A stretch of DNA of 53,156 nt from IMG/VR virus record IMGVR_UViG_3300009156_000038; one strand, written 5' to 3'. Made by a program: the position numbers and the translations under genes. Below the pieces are notes generated by a model. The model saw only the letters and a list, made by a program, of their open reading frames with translations. It ran no database searches and had not been told where the DNA came from. Every line of letters begins with the position of its first letter. Position 1 is the stretch's first letter. The stretch comes from a virus. Below are positions 17,195 to 25,866 of the stretch, in pieces.

Positions 17195-17797
17195 CTACCT
17201 AGCTCGGCTCATTGCCGCGCGGAAAGCGGCACGGTTGGCCTCCAGATCGAACGCCTCTTTCGCCCGGCCCGGTGGCGGGGACGTGAGGTGCGCCGTGAAC
17301 TTGGTCAGATTCTTCGGGTCGGCTTCCTTGATCAGCCTCAGGCAGGTGGCGTAGGCACCGTCCAGCCAGTAGGACAGTGACACCCCGAACGGGGTGACCC
17401 CGTGTGCCGCCAGCTCCCCGCCGACCTGATCCCACTGGGCCCGCAGGAACCGGCACAGCCGCAGCGTGATCCACCACCGGCGCCCCGAGGCCGCTTCGAG
17501 CACGTCGAAGAAGATCTCCTCCATGTCCTGCGAGGTGAGTTCCCCGCTGATCAGGAGCCGGTTCACCTCCATGATCACGTCGGGGCCACAGAAGCCGGGG
17601 AAGATGGCCTCCACGTCCAACTGCTCATCCAGGAGCACCTGCAGCCAGGCTGCCGCGTCCAGGGCCGGGATCAGCCAGACGTGACCGGCGGCCTGGACCC
17701 GGACCTTGGAGACCGACAGCGAAGCCAGGGGCTCCGCGTTGGTGGGTGACAGGCGGATCGTCTGGGATTCACTTGACCCGGCTTGCCTTGGTGGCAC
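17195..17797 (-). CDS. Tail assembly chaperone-like protein (200 aa)
   Basis: ORF track. GTG 17797 is preceded by GGAGGG. Overlaps the 3' end of the upstream chaperone by 29 nt in the +1/-2 frame. Confidence 0.55.
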   Translation of the reverse strand: MPPRQAGSSESQTIRLSPTNAEPLASLSVSKVRVQAAGHVWLIPALDAAAWLQVLLDEQLDVEAIFPGFCGPDVIMEVNRLLISGELTSQDMEEIFFDVLEAASGRRWWITLRLCRFLRAQWDQVGGELAAHGVTPFGVSLSYWLDGAYATCLRLIKEADPKNLTKFTAHLTSPPPGRAKEAFDLEANRAAFRAAMSRAR

Positions 17798-18176
17798 GCT
17801 TGCCCTCCGGTGCGAAAGCGGTGGTGATCACGGAGAGGTCGCCCAGTTCGATGTCGCCGTTCTTCATGGCCTCCACCAGCCACGCCCGGTCCTGCGCACT
17901 GGCCACCAGACGCTCGATCATGTCCAGCATCTCGGAGATGGCGTCCATGCCCGCGCCTCGGGCCGCATCCAGGTCCGCCTGATTCGCCGCCTTATCGGCC
18001 TCCAGGCGTTCCAGCTTGTCCGCGGCGGCCTGGCCGATGCGTCCCGACCGGTGGATCATGGTGGCCTGGACCTCGTTGGGACGTTTCACGGTGATGTCGC
18101 GCCCGGCGATGACGACATTAGCGAACTCGGCCTGCTTGGGGACCGCAGGGATCTTGGGGGTGGGAGAAACCGTCAT
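17769..18176 (-). CDS. Tail assembly chaperone (135 aa)
   Basis: ORF track. Position just upstream of the second chaperone and the tape measure. Confidence 0.6.
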   Translation of the reverse strand: MTVSPTPKIPAVPKQAEFANVVIAGRDITVKRPNEVQATMIHRSGRIGQAAADKLERLEADKAANQADLDAARGAGMDAISEMLDMIERLVASAQDRAWLVEAMKNGDIELGDLSVITTAFAPEGKRATKASRVK

Positions 18177-18185
18177 AGGGTGATC

Positions 18186-18662
18186 TTATCGAACCCTGCG
18201 GACAAACGTGACCCGGAACCCGTTCTTCTTGCCCGCCACGATCAGCGGCTTCACCAGATACTGGGTGCCGTCCATGCCGGGATGGCGGACCGATTTGAAC
18301 TGCACCATGCCGCGCTTGGTCACCGGGATGCCGTACTGGGCGGCCTTGTTCCATTTGAATGACAGGAACTGTTTCCTGCGGGGCCGGATCCGGTGGAAAC
18401 TGGCGCCCTGGTGGGCGGGTTCGGCGTACTTCAGCCGGGAACCGACCCGGGCCGTGACCCGGTAAACGGTCACGGTCAGCCGGGTACCGATCGAGGCCCG
18501 CAGGCGTCCACCGGAACGGCCGTTCTCGTTCGGCTTGCGTACCGGCGCCTCCCGCTTGGCGCCTTCCTCAGTCTGCCGCGCTGTCCTCGCCACCAGCAGA
18601 GTCGCCTGCGTCTGGGCGAACCTTCTGGTCTCGGGAACGTTCATCACGAACCGGGACGCCAC
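18186..18662 (-). CDS. HK97 gp10-like neck / tail-completion protein (158 aa)
   Basis: AKREAPVRKPNENGRSGGRLRASIGTRL resembles the gp10-family signature. RBS GAGGAGG. Confidence 0.6.
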   Translation of the reverse strand: MASRFVMNVPETRRFAQTQATLLVARTARQTEEGAKREAPVRKPNENGRSGGRLRASIGTRLTVTVYRVTARVGSRLKYAEPAHQGASFHRIRPRRKQFLSFKWNKAAQYGIPVTKRGMVQFKSVRHPGMDGTQYLVKPLIVAGKKNGFRVTFVRRVR

Positions 18663-18819
18663 GGCGCCTCCTCGGGTTGGCGACCGGCGGGGCCTGGGTG
18701 CCGAGACTCCTCAGGAAGCCCATGTCCGCCAGTGCCTGCAGGGTCGGCGTGGTCTCGGCGTGGAACTCGGCGCCGACCTGATACGACTTGTGTGCCCGCA
18801 GCACGCGCCAGTGATCCAT
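18568..18819 (-). CDS. Hypothetical protein (83 aa)
   Basis: ORF track. The N-terminal half looks protein-like. The last 95 nt overlap the next gene. Confidence 0.45.
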   Translation of the reverse strand: MDHWRVLRAHKSYQVGAEFHAETTPTLQALADMGFLRSLGTQAPPVANPRRRRGVPVRDERSRDQKVRPDAGDSAGGEDSAAD

Positions 18820-18823
18820 GGTT

Positions 18824-19339
18824 TCAGGCTACCTGAACCCGGATTGTCATGGAAGAACCGACACATCCACCTTCGGGACCGTTGTCGATGATTTCCCAGT
18901 TGTCCACGAACACCGTTTTGCTGGGACGAGTATTGATGAAACAGCACAAAGCAGAACGAAGAGTAGCGAAATCGTTCATCAGGTCCGTGTTCAGGGTGTT
19001 CCACTGGTCACACGTCGGAGGCGCCTGCAACGTACCCGTCGGGGCGCACCGCCAGATCCCGAACTGGATCTGCAGCGCCCACGTGATCCCGCAGGACACC
19101 GGGACACCGTCCGGGTTCGGGAACCCGGACCGGGACGGGTAGGCCGGGCCACCCGAGTAGACGAACGCCAGCCCCGGGCAGCACTCGTCCTTGTTGGTTC
19201 CCAGCAGCGGCGCCCCGTTCAGGTAGGGCCGGTAGCAGCATGCTGCCGGGGGCTTCGGATTCAGTGCCGCCTCCTGGCATAGGCACGTCAGCAGGGCATC
19301 CGTGACCGGCAGGAACTTCGCGTCGGGATACGTCACCAT
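18824..19339 (-). CDS. Cys-rich head-tail connector candidate (171 aa)
   Basis: ORF track. 12 Cys including CC doublets. Position between the adaptor-like and neck genes. Confidence 0.5.
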   Translation of the reverse strand: MVTYPDAKFLPVTDALLTCLCQEAALNPKPPAACCYRPYLNGAPLLGTNKDECCPGLAFVYSGGPAYPSRSGFPNPDGVPVSCGITWALQIQFGIWRCAPTGTLQAPPTCDQWNTLNTDLMNDFATLRSALCCFINTRPSKTVFVDNWEIIDNGPEGGCVGSSMTIRVQVA

Positions 19340-20418
19340 GTCTGCATCCTCGGGTAGTCGATGTCCGGAGTCAGCAGGCGCATCCGGTGCGTCGTCCCGT
19401 AAGGGTTCAGGTCACGGATGACCCCGTCGACCTCCCACAGGCCGGTGAACCCGCGGTCCAGCAGAACCAGCGGATCCACCGCGGCGAAGTCGACGCCCTG
19501 GCGCGACAGGGCCGTGATGTACTGCGGCAACCGGCAGTCCATGTTCCGGCATGCCTTCGCGTACTCGCAGGCCAGTGTCCCGGCAGCGGTGAGCAGGGTG
19601 TCCGGGGGCCGTTCGCCGCGGGCGTAGGTGACGAACATGGTGCCGGGACCGGAGTTCGCGTCGTAGTCCTGGCAGTCGGGCCAGCAGTTACCGGTGCCTA
19701 CGCGCACCAGCCAGCGCCCGTCGTCCACGCGATAGGTGGCCGGGTCCACGACGACGCCGTCCACGATGACGGAGATGATGGAGCCGATCGGGCCGGGCAG
19801 GTATATCTGGCACGACGGACGACAGGTGCAGCAGCTCCCGCCGTTGCAGCCGCACCAGCAGTTGCGCCAGGTCCCGTCGACGATGTAGGGCAGCCACATG
19901 CCGCCGCTCCAGTACCAGCCGCCCACCCCGTCGTCGTTGCAGTCGCGTCCGCAGGGACGCACGGTGATCGGGCACAGGCCGAACTGGCGCCCAGTGCGGG
20001 CCCACAGGGCCAGGGAGGCGTAGGCGGCTGCGTTCTGCTGCTCGGCAAGGGTCAGCGTGTCCCAGAACTCCGAGCAGCAGTCGGTGTTGATCTCCCAGGT
20101 GCAGGGACCGGTTGTCGAGGACGAGTTGGCGACCGTGACGATCTCCGACGTCTGCACGGCTTCCAGGGCCGCGTCGGTGGCGTTCCAGACGACGACGTAG
20201 TCACCGGTGATCTCTGTCGGCGATATCGCCCAGACGAACGAGTAGAGACCGGTGGCCAGGTGCGTGATGCCCACGGCCGTGGGTCCCACGACGGTGACGG
20301 AGTCCGCGACCCGGATGATGGTGACCGTCTGGGCGCTGACGTCCACCGGCGGGCCGCCGGAGAATTCGTACCACTGCACGGTGACCGTGGCACTGGTGCC
20401 CGGGAAGAAGATCGTCAC
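19333..20418 (-). CDS. Cys-rich head-to-tail adaptor candidate (361 aa)
   Basis: ORF track. 18 Cys (e.g. NCWCGCNGGSCCTCRPSC). Beta-rich N-terminal domain. Confidence 0.5.
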   Translation of the reverse strand: MTIFFPGTSATVTVQWYEFSGGPPVDVSAQTVTIIRVADSVTVVGPTAVGITHLATGLYSFVWAISPTEITGDYVVVWNATDAALEAVQTSEIVTVANSSSTTGPCTWEINTDCCSEFWDTLTLAEQQNAAAYASLALWARTGRQFGLCPITVRPCGRDCNDDGVGGWYWSGGMWLPYIVDGTWRNCWCGCNGGSCCTCRPSCQIYLPGPIGSIISVIVDGVVVDPATYRVDDGRWLVRVGTGNCWPDCQDYDANSGPGTMFVTYARGERPPDTLLTAAGTLACEYAKACRNMDCRLPQYITALSRQGVDFAAVDPLVLLDRGFTGLWEVDGVIRDLNPYGTTHRMRLLTPDIDYPRMQTW

Positions 20419-20427
20419 GCTTGTACC

Positions 20428-20703
20428 TTATGCCTGTCGTACGCGGATGTTCATCGGCGGGTAGTGCCCGTCCTGGCGGGCCTGCAGGGTCGGACTGGTG
20501 CCTGGGATCGTGTCCCACTGCGGGGACTGCAGGGTCGAGTTCGGCAGGTACAGACCGGTCAGGTTGCTTCCGGTCAGCCGGATGCGCAGGGAGCCCTCGG
20601 GATCGCCCTCGTTGTTGGCCGTGATCTGCAGGGACTGGCCAAGGTAGGTCACCTCCTCGTTGTCGGCGCCTTCCCAGTGCACGTGCCCTTCGTTGCTGGC
20701 CAT
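20428..20703 (-). CDS. Hypothetical structural protein (91 aa)
   Basis: Frame of ORF 20428..21342. ATG 20703 with RBS AGGAGGA. Confidence 0.6.
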   Translation of the reverse strand: MASNEGHVHWEGADNEEVTYLGQSLQITANNEGDPEGSLRIRLTGSNLTGLYLPNSTLQSPQWDTIPGTSPTLQARQDGHYPPMNIRVRQA

Positions 20704-20711
20704 GGATCCTC

Positions 20712-21803
20712 CTAGGGGATCGGGAACTTCGCCGCCGGGATGATGGCGGCCTGCGTCGGGTCGGAGAGGTTGACGGCGGTGCGCGTGGCGCATACGTAGG
20801 CCAGAAGCACGGCACCGCTGAGCAACGGGTTGATGATGTAGCCACCCCGGCCCACCGCGGCGATGGCCGCCGCGAGGCTGGCGAAACTGGTCTGCCCGTA
20901 CTGCAGGGTGATCTGGTCGGCGACGACCGGGGCGCCGTAGGCGAACACTCTGGTGATCGTGGACGTGTTGGCGCCGCCACCGACCGGCGTGATCACTCCG
21001 GCCCCGTTGGGATCGAAGTTGGCCACGTCCACTGTCGTCTGCAGGGGCGCCAGGATCGTGGTGGCCGACGCCCGGCGGAACGTCGCCGGTACCTGGGCCG
21101 CCAGTGAGGTGACGTTGGGCGCCTGGTAGGCGGGGTAGCCGAATCCGGCGATGAAGACGGGACCGCCGGTGGTGTTGATTGAGAGGTTGACGCCGTTGGG
21201 CGAGATGACGTTGCCGTCGATCTTGAAAGATCCCAGCGCCGCGAACAAGTCGAACAACTGCGTACCCGGCTGGGAGGTCATGGTCGCCAGTTGCGTCGTG
21301 TTCGGGATGATGCCGCCCCGGAACCCGGAGATCCCCACACACAGGTGGGTGCGCAGTTGCGTGGACGTGGGGGGCGTCGTCTGCTGCACCAGCGCCCCGG
21401 CCGAGTTGATCAGCCAGAACGTGATGGTCGGCGATCCCGGCACCACGCCGACCTGACCCGGGAAGGTGACATAGGTGATCGTCGGATTGGCCGGGGCCAC
21501 GGCGCCATGCGGGTTGTAGTCGTAGACGAAGCCGGTGGTGGCCGAGATGTCCACGGAGATGTTGTTCGGGTTGACCGTGATGATGCCGCCGGAGGTGATG
21601 CCGGTGGACAGGACCGTCGACAGCAGCTTCGACACGTCGCCGGTGAGGCCCTGGTATCCGTCGGTGAGGACACCGCTGACCGTGACATTGCCGCCGACCG
21701 TCAGATCGGTACCGGCTCCCGCCAGGATCAGGTCACCGGTCATGGTGTCCCCGGCGACGTCGACCTTGTTCGGGTCGCCCGACGTGAAGCCGATCGCTGT
21801 CAC
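20712..21803 (-). CDS. Fibre-like protein (363 aa)
   Basis: The N-terminal KVDVAGDTMTGDLIL motif is typical of phage fibre proteins. The rest is Gly/Thr/beta-rich. Confidence 0.6.
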   Translation of the reverse strand: MTAIGFTSGDPNKVDVAGDTMTGDLILAGAGTDLTVGGNVTVSGVLTDGYQGLTGDVSKLLSTVLSTGITSGGIITVNPNNISVDISATTGFVYDYNPHGAVAPANPTITYVTFPGQVGVVPGSPTITFWLINSAGALVQQTTPPTSTQLRTHLCVGISGFRGGIIPNTTQLATMTSQPGTQLFDLFAALGSFKIDGNVISPNGVNLSINTTGGPVFIAGFGYPAYQAPNVTSLAAQVPATFRRASATTILAPLQTTVDVANFDPNGAGVITPVGGGANTSTITRVFAYGAPVVADQITLQYGQTSFASLAAAIAAVGRGGYIINPLLSGAVLLAYVCATRTAVNLSDPTQAAIIPAAKFPIP

Positions 21804-21854
21804 GATTCCTCCCGAATACTGTACTAAGGGTCAATCATGACACATCGGCGGATC

Positions 21855-22439
21855 TTACGCTGTGACCGCGACGAGGATGTGCACGCCGCCGAGGCTGATC
21901 AGGCCCGAGTTCTGCACGGTCACGTTGACCGTGTTCGTATCCACCACCGAGACGGCCGTGATCGACAGGGACCCCAGTGCCGAGGCCGACGCGAACAACT
22001 GCACGTTCGGGGTGTACGAGGTGTCGGCCAGGGCCGGGATCACGTCGACGGCGACAACCGTGGACGAGTTCAGCAGCAGCAGCGGCGACTCCCGGACCCC
22101 GACCGCGAGGATCCCGTCGATCGCCTGCAGCGCGGTGACCGCGGCCTCCAAGGAGGCGATGTCGGAGGGCAGGTCCGCGATGTCGCCGTAGGTGGCGATC
22201 TGCGTGTACAGGTTCGCGTAGTCCGTCGGGCTGTGGATCGAGGCGATCATGCCCTGGGTGAACCGAATCCAGTAGTTGGTGTTGACGGTCCACGGGTTGC
22301 CGGGAGGCGAGTCCACCGACAGGACCCCGCCCGACTCGCCGGTCACGTCGAGATAGGTGATGGCGGCGTCGATGTCCGCGCTGTTGGATCCGGTGTACTG
22401 GATCGCCTGATACTTGTCCACGATATTGACGGCGGGCAT
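21855..22439 (-). CDS. Hypothetical structural protein (194 aa)
   Basis: Frame of ORF 21855..22493. ATG 22439 with AGGAG 8 nt upstream. Confidence 0.6.
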   Translation of the reverse strand: MPAVNIVDKYQAIQYTGSNSADIDAAITYLDVTGESGGVLSVDSPPGNPWTVNTNYWIRFTQGMIASIHSPTDYANLYTQIATYGDIADLPSDIASLEAAVTALQAIDGILAVGVRESPLLLLNSSTVVAVDVIPALADTSYTPNVQLFASASALGSLSITAVSVVDTNTVNVTVQNSGLISLGGVHILVAVTA

Positions 22440-22517
22440 TGTCACGTCTCCTGACTGATGCGATGATGCCGGTGGCACACCCCCGCCGCCCACCGCGCCA
22501 CGGGGGTGTGCCGCTCG

Positions 22518-23066
22518 TTACGGGACGTGCACCTGCGTGGACGCGGTGTCCGTGGCGCTGGTGGCGTCCGTGATGGTGATCGTGTAGAAGCCGTTGTTCG
22601 GGTAGGTGTGGTTCGACGAACCCGACTCCGCGGCGCCCAGGGTCGAGGTGCCGTCACCCCAGGAGATGTTCACGGTGCCAGCACCACCCAGGTTGGCGTA
22701 GGTGAGAGTGGTCGCCAGGGGGTTGCCGCCCACGTTGGTGACGAACGAGGCGCCGGTCGTGGTCGGCTGGGCCGCGGAGCTGGGGCACGTGTTCACGTTC
22801 TGCTCGATCGTGGCGCCGTTGTCCACGAAGAAAGTGATGTTGGTGCCTGCAACGTACCCGGCGAGCAGGTCGGTCCCAGCCCGCTTGAGCAGGATGTTGG
22901 CCGGGAACCGCTCCTCCGGGAGCACGAACGAGATGCCGGGACCGCGCCCGGTGTCCGTGCGCAGGAAGGGGCGGTTGGCCGCGGACATCTGGCACAGGAT
23001 GCGCTGGGCCACCGCGGGGGCCATGTTGTTTGTCGCGACAGACACGGTTAGAGAGCCGCCCGCCAT
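22518..23066 (-). CDS. Structural protein with a C-terminal PKD/Ig-like domain (182 aa)
   Basis: ATG 23066 with RBS AAGGAG. ISWGDGTS...HTYPNNGFYTITITD is a PKD signature. Confidence 0.6.
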   Translation of the reverse strand: MAGGSLTVSVATNNMAPAVAQRILCQMSAANRPFLRTDTGRGPGISFVLPEERFPANILLKRAGTDLLAGYVAGTNITFFVDNGATIEQNVNTCPSSAAQPTTTGASFVTNVGGNPLATTLTYANLGGAGTVNISWGDGTSTLGAAESGSSNHTYPNNGFYTITITDATSATDTASTQVHVP

Positions 23067-23077
23067 GATCAATCTCC

Positions 23078-24016
23078 TTATGCGATCGGCGTCGATGCGG
23101 AAACGTAGGTCGCCGACGAGGTGTCCCGCGGCGTGAAAGTGGCCACCTTGTTGCCCGGCGCCGCGTACACGTGCGATGCCGTGGTGCCCGAGGTGACCGT
23201 CTGGACCGGCGAACCGTCGCCCCAGTCGATGTCGGCCGGGAGGCTCCCCGCGAGGGTGGGGAACGTGACGGTGCCCGTCAGGACGCCGGTGTCGGCGAAG
23301 GCCAGCGCCGGGACCAGGTTGATGCAGTCGCACTGGGCCGTCGGGGGTGCCATCGTCGTGAAGATCATGGTCTTGTACTCGGTGGCCACCACCGGGTCGA
23401 ACAGCGGGAACGGGTCCCCCAGGGTCGCCGCCGCAGCCGAATTGACCACGTTGTACGGACCCACGCCCCACGGGCTGTTGCGTACGGCGATGGCGTTGAT
23501 CGTGAACGTCGCCGTGTCGTTGGCGTAGGTGATGTCGCCGATGGTGGCTTCCTTGACCCAGTGGTAGGCCACGTAGCCGAACAGCTCGTCGCCCTCTTCC
23601 GAGCAGAACCCCTCGTCCCCGCAGCGGGAGCCCAGGTTCAGCCAGCCCTCCAGGGCGAAGTTGGACACGGCGTCCTGGTCCACCGCGTAGCCGATGGCCT
23701 CGGGTACCAGGGCGTCGTTGAACTTCACCGTGTCGCCGGTGACCATGCCGATCATCTTCGGGTTCGTGTCGTTGAAGATGACCGTCAGGTTCAGCCACTT
23801 GCGCAGCGGCTTGGTCGTCTTCTCCATGCAGAACTCCCCGGCACCGTTCTCCGGGAAGAACTCCTGCCGCTCCCGGTACTCGCCGGTCTCCTCGATGCTG
23901 ACGACGCATTCGTCGGTGAGCGAGGAGCAGGTGGTCTCCGGTACCCCGCAGACGCTCAGCTTCGTCACGCGCACGATCGGAAGCTGGTAGTAGACGTTGG
24001 CTTCATTCAGGGCCAT
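23078..24016 (-). CDS. Putative major tail (tube) protein with a C-terminal PKD/Ig-like domain (312 aa)
   Basis: IDWGDGSPVQ...HVYAAPGNKVATFT is a PKD signature. No other tube candidate lies next to the chaperones. The assignment is tentative. Confidence 0.5.
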   Translation of the reverse strand: MALNEANVYYQLPIVRVTKLSVCGVPETTCSSLTDECVVSIEETGEYRERQEFFPENGAGEFCMEKTTKPLRKWLNLTVIFNDTNPKMIGMVTGDTVKFNDALVPEAIGYAVDQDAVSNFALEGWLNLGSRCGDEGFCSEEGDELFGYVAYHWVKEATIGDITYANDTATFTINAIAVRNSPWGVGPYNVVNSAAAATLGDPFPLFDPVVATEYKTMIFTTMAPPTAQCDCINLVPALAFADTGVLTGTVTFPTLAGSLPADIDWGDGSPVQTVTSGTTASHVYAAPGNKVATFTPRDTSSATYVSASTPIA

Positions 24017-24019
24017 GGC

Positions 24020-24319
24020 CTAAACCTCCGGACCTTCGGTGACTGGCTTGCGGGGACGGCCGGGGCCGCGCTTCTGGGGAACCTCGGCGGCCTTGGCCTC
24101 CTCGGGATCGTCGATCTTGTCGAAGGCCTCGGGTACCGAGACGACCCCTTCGGCATGCCACTTGTCGGCCACCTCGTCGGGGACCTGGAAGCCCAGGCCC
24201 AGCGGGGTGTCACCGGTGGTGGCGACCACGGTGGCCGGGTAGCCCAGGGCCGCGGCGGCAGCCAGAAGCCCGGCGGCAGTCTCGGTCATGCGCTCCGGCG
24301 GAGCGGATACGATAGCCAT
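24020..24319 (-). CDS. Small protein with a C-terminal AT-hook-like motif (99 aa)
   Basis: Frame of ORF 24020..24991. ATG 24319 with RBS AGGAG. KRGPGRPRKP near the C-terminus. Confidence 0.6.
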   Translation of the reverse strand: MAIVSAPPERMTETAAGLLAAAAALGYPATVVATTGDTPLGLGFQVPDEVADKWHAEGVVSVPEAFDKIDDPEEAKAAEVPQKRGPGRPRKPVTEGPEV

Positions 24320-24327
24320 CAGTGCTC

Positions 24328-25173
24328 CTAGCAGCAGGTGGTGAGATCGGTGTCGGTGGCGAAGGCCGCGCATTCGTAGGTGACCACGTATTCGCGTTCC
24401 GCGTACCGCTTGATCTGGTTGGTCGCCTTGTCCACGCTCTCCCCCCACGGGGACAGGAAGATGTCCGGGTTGCGCCAGACCGTGGTGGGACCGGTCAGGT
24501 AGATCCAGGTGTGCCCGGCGGCCGGGGCGGCGTCGGCCGGGGAGAACCCGGCGTAGTTGCCGAACGAGACCACGTGCCCGGAGGCCGTGTACCACTTGCC
24601 GTTGCGGAACTCGACCTGGTGGTTGTTGAGCATGGCGGGCATCGCCAGCAGCGGGACGTGGAAGATTCCGGGCAACCCGTAGGCCGCCCCGAATGCGGAC
24701 TCCAGTACGGCCATCGCTGTCACGATGTTGTTGACCGCCAGTGGTGCCACCACCGTGGCGCCCGACGTCGACAGGCCGGGAGCCTGGCCGCACAGCCCCC
24801 GGGAGAAGACGTTCTCCACGATCCGCTGCTCGGCGCCCCGCAGGTTGTTGATCACGTAGTCCCGGGTGCGGGCCTCGCTGGCGGCGTCGTTGCTGAAGCC
24901 GCACAGGCTGCCCTTGAGCACCGTGAACGGGTCCCCGGGGACCGTGGTCCAGCTCCCGGTCATGGCGGACGCCTTGGAGCCCGGGGTGCAACTGATCGCG
25001 TAGCAGCCGGGCATGCCGCAGTAGGGGGTCTCGAACTCCAGGCCCCCCATGATCGCCTTCGGTGGCAGATCCAGCGGGCCGTTGGCGGCCGTGAACAACC
25101 CGTACGGCTGCAGCTCGTACCCGGGACCAGGGCGTTCAACCCTGACGCGGGCATTCGCCATGGAGACAGTCAC
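24328..25173 (-). CDS. Second capsid-like (HK97-fold-like) protein (281 aa), possible pentamer/vertex protein
   Basis: ORF track. Length and composition are capsid-like (LEFETPYCG..., ...AEREYVVTYECAAFA). Lies downstream of the main capsid gene. Needs HHpred. Confidence 0.45.
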   Translation of the reverse strand: MTVSMANARVRVERPGPGYELQPYGLFTAANGPLDLPPKAIMGGLEFETPYCGMPGCYAISCTPGSKASAMTGSWTTVPGDPFTVLKGSLCGFSNDAASEARTRDYVINNLRGAEQRIVENVFSRGLCGQAPGLSTSGATVVAPLAVNNIVTAMAVLESAFGAAYGLPGIFHVPLLAMPAMLNNHQVEFRNGKWYTASGHVVSFGNYAGFSPADAAPAAGHTWIYLTGPTTVWRNPDIFLSPWGESVDKATNQIKRYAEREYVVTYECAAFATDTDLTTCC

Positions 25174-25182
25174 GGGTTACTC

Positions 25183-25485
25183 CTAGCTCAGCCAGAAGCT
25201 GATGTCGCCTACGGCCGTGGTCGCCACCGTGACCGTGACACCGAGGGTCGCCTTGACGCTGACCGGGAAGTTGTAGGTCTGCGTGTTGGCCGCGGTCTGG
25301 GTCGGGATCGTCTTCTGCCACAGGATCGTGCCGGACGCCGCGGATGCGTTGTTCCAGATCGTGATCGTGGACGCGCCGCCGGTGTTGCTGGCGTTGACGG
25401 TGAATCCGTGCAGGGTGATCGGGTGGTCCTCGATGACGGTCGCCGCGGTGAGACCACCGGTGTAGCTCTTGACGTTGATAGCCAC
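25183..25485 (-). CDS. Small beta-rich head protein (100 aa), paralogue of 25494..25802
   Basis: GTG 25485 with AGGAG 5 nt upstream. Shares E(D/N)HPI(T/S)L and overall pattern with its neighbour. Confidence 0.6.
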   Translation of the reverse strand: MAINVKSYTGGLTAATVIEDHPITLHGFTVNASNTGGASTITIWNNASAASGTILWQKTIPTQTAANTQTYNFPVSVKATLGVTVTVATTAVGDISFWLS

Positions 25486-25493
25486 CGTGACTC

Positions 25494-25802
25494 CTAGTAG
25501 GCGTGGATCGAGCCGACGCCCAGGGCGGCGGAAGCGTTGATGGTGACCCCGTTGCGGGCCTTCAGCGGGACCGGGAACAGCACGGTGTCGATCTGACCGG
25601 CGACCAGGGTCGCGGCGTACAGAACGTTGCCTGCGTTCGTGGTGGCGTTGTCGAAGACGCGGAACGTGCCACCGGCGGCGCCACCGTTGAAGCTGATGGC
25701 GGTGAGGGAGATCGGGTGGTTCTCGACGACGACGTTGCCGATGGCTCCACTCCACACCGCGGCGCGGGACTTGGTGCCTTCACCCGAATTTGCGACTGCC
25801 AT
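25494..25802 (-). CDS. Small beta-rich head protein (102 aa), decoration candidate
   Basis: ORF track. Directly downstream of the capsid gene and hairpin. Confidence 0.6.
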   Translation of the reverse strand: MAVANSGEGTKSRAAVWSGAIGNVVVENHPISLTAISFNGGAAGGTFRVFDNATTNAGNVLYAATLVAGQIDTVLFPVPLKARNGVTINASAALGVGSIHAY

Positions 25803-25834
25803 GGGTACTCCTGTTCATTCCTCTTCAGGGTGAA

Positions 25835-25860
25835 GGGGGACCCCGTTTCCGGGGCCCCCC
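25835..25860 (-). terminator. GC-rich hairpin after the major capsid gene (attenuator candidate)
   Basis: ccccg-tttc-cgggg core flanked by a G5/C5 extension, in the 64-bp gap between 25867 and 25802. Confidence 0.45.
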
Positions 25861-25866
25861 GATGCC

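Noticed and set aside
17769-17797. Programmed ribosomal frameshift joining the two tail chaperone ORFs.
   Set aside because: The second ORF is in the +1/-2 frame and I see no slippery heptamer in the overlap. It also has its own GGAGGG-GTG initiation signal. A frameshift cannot be excluded but is not supported.
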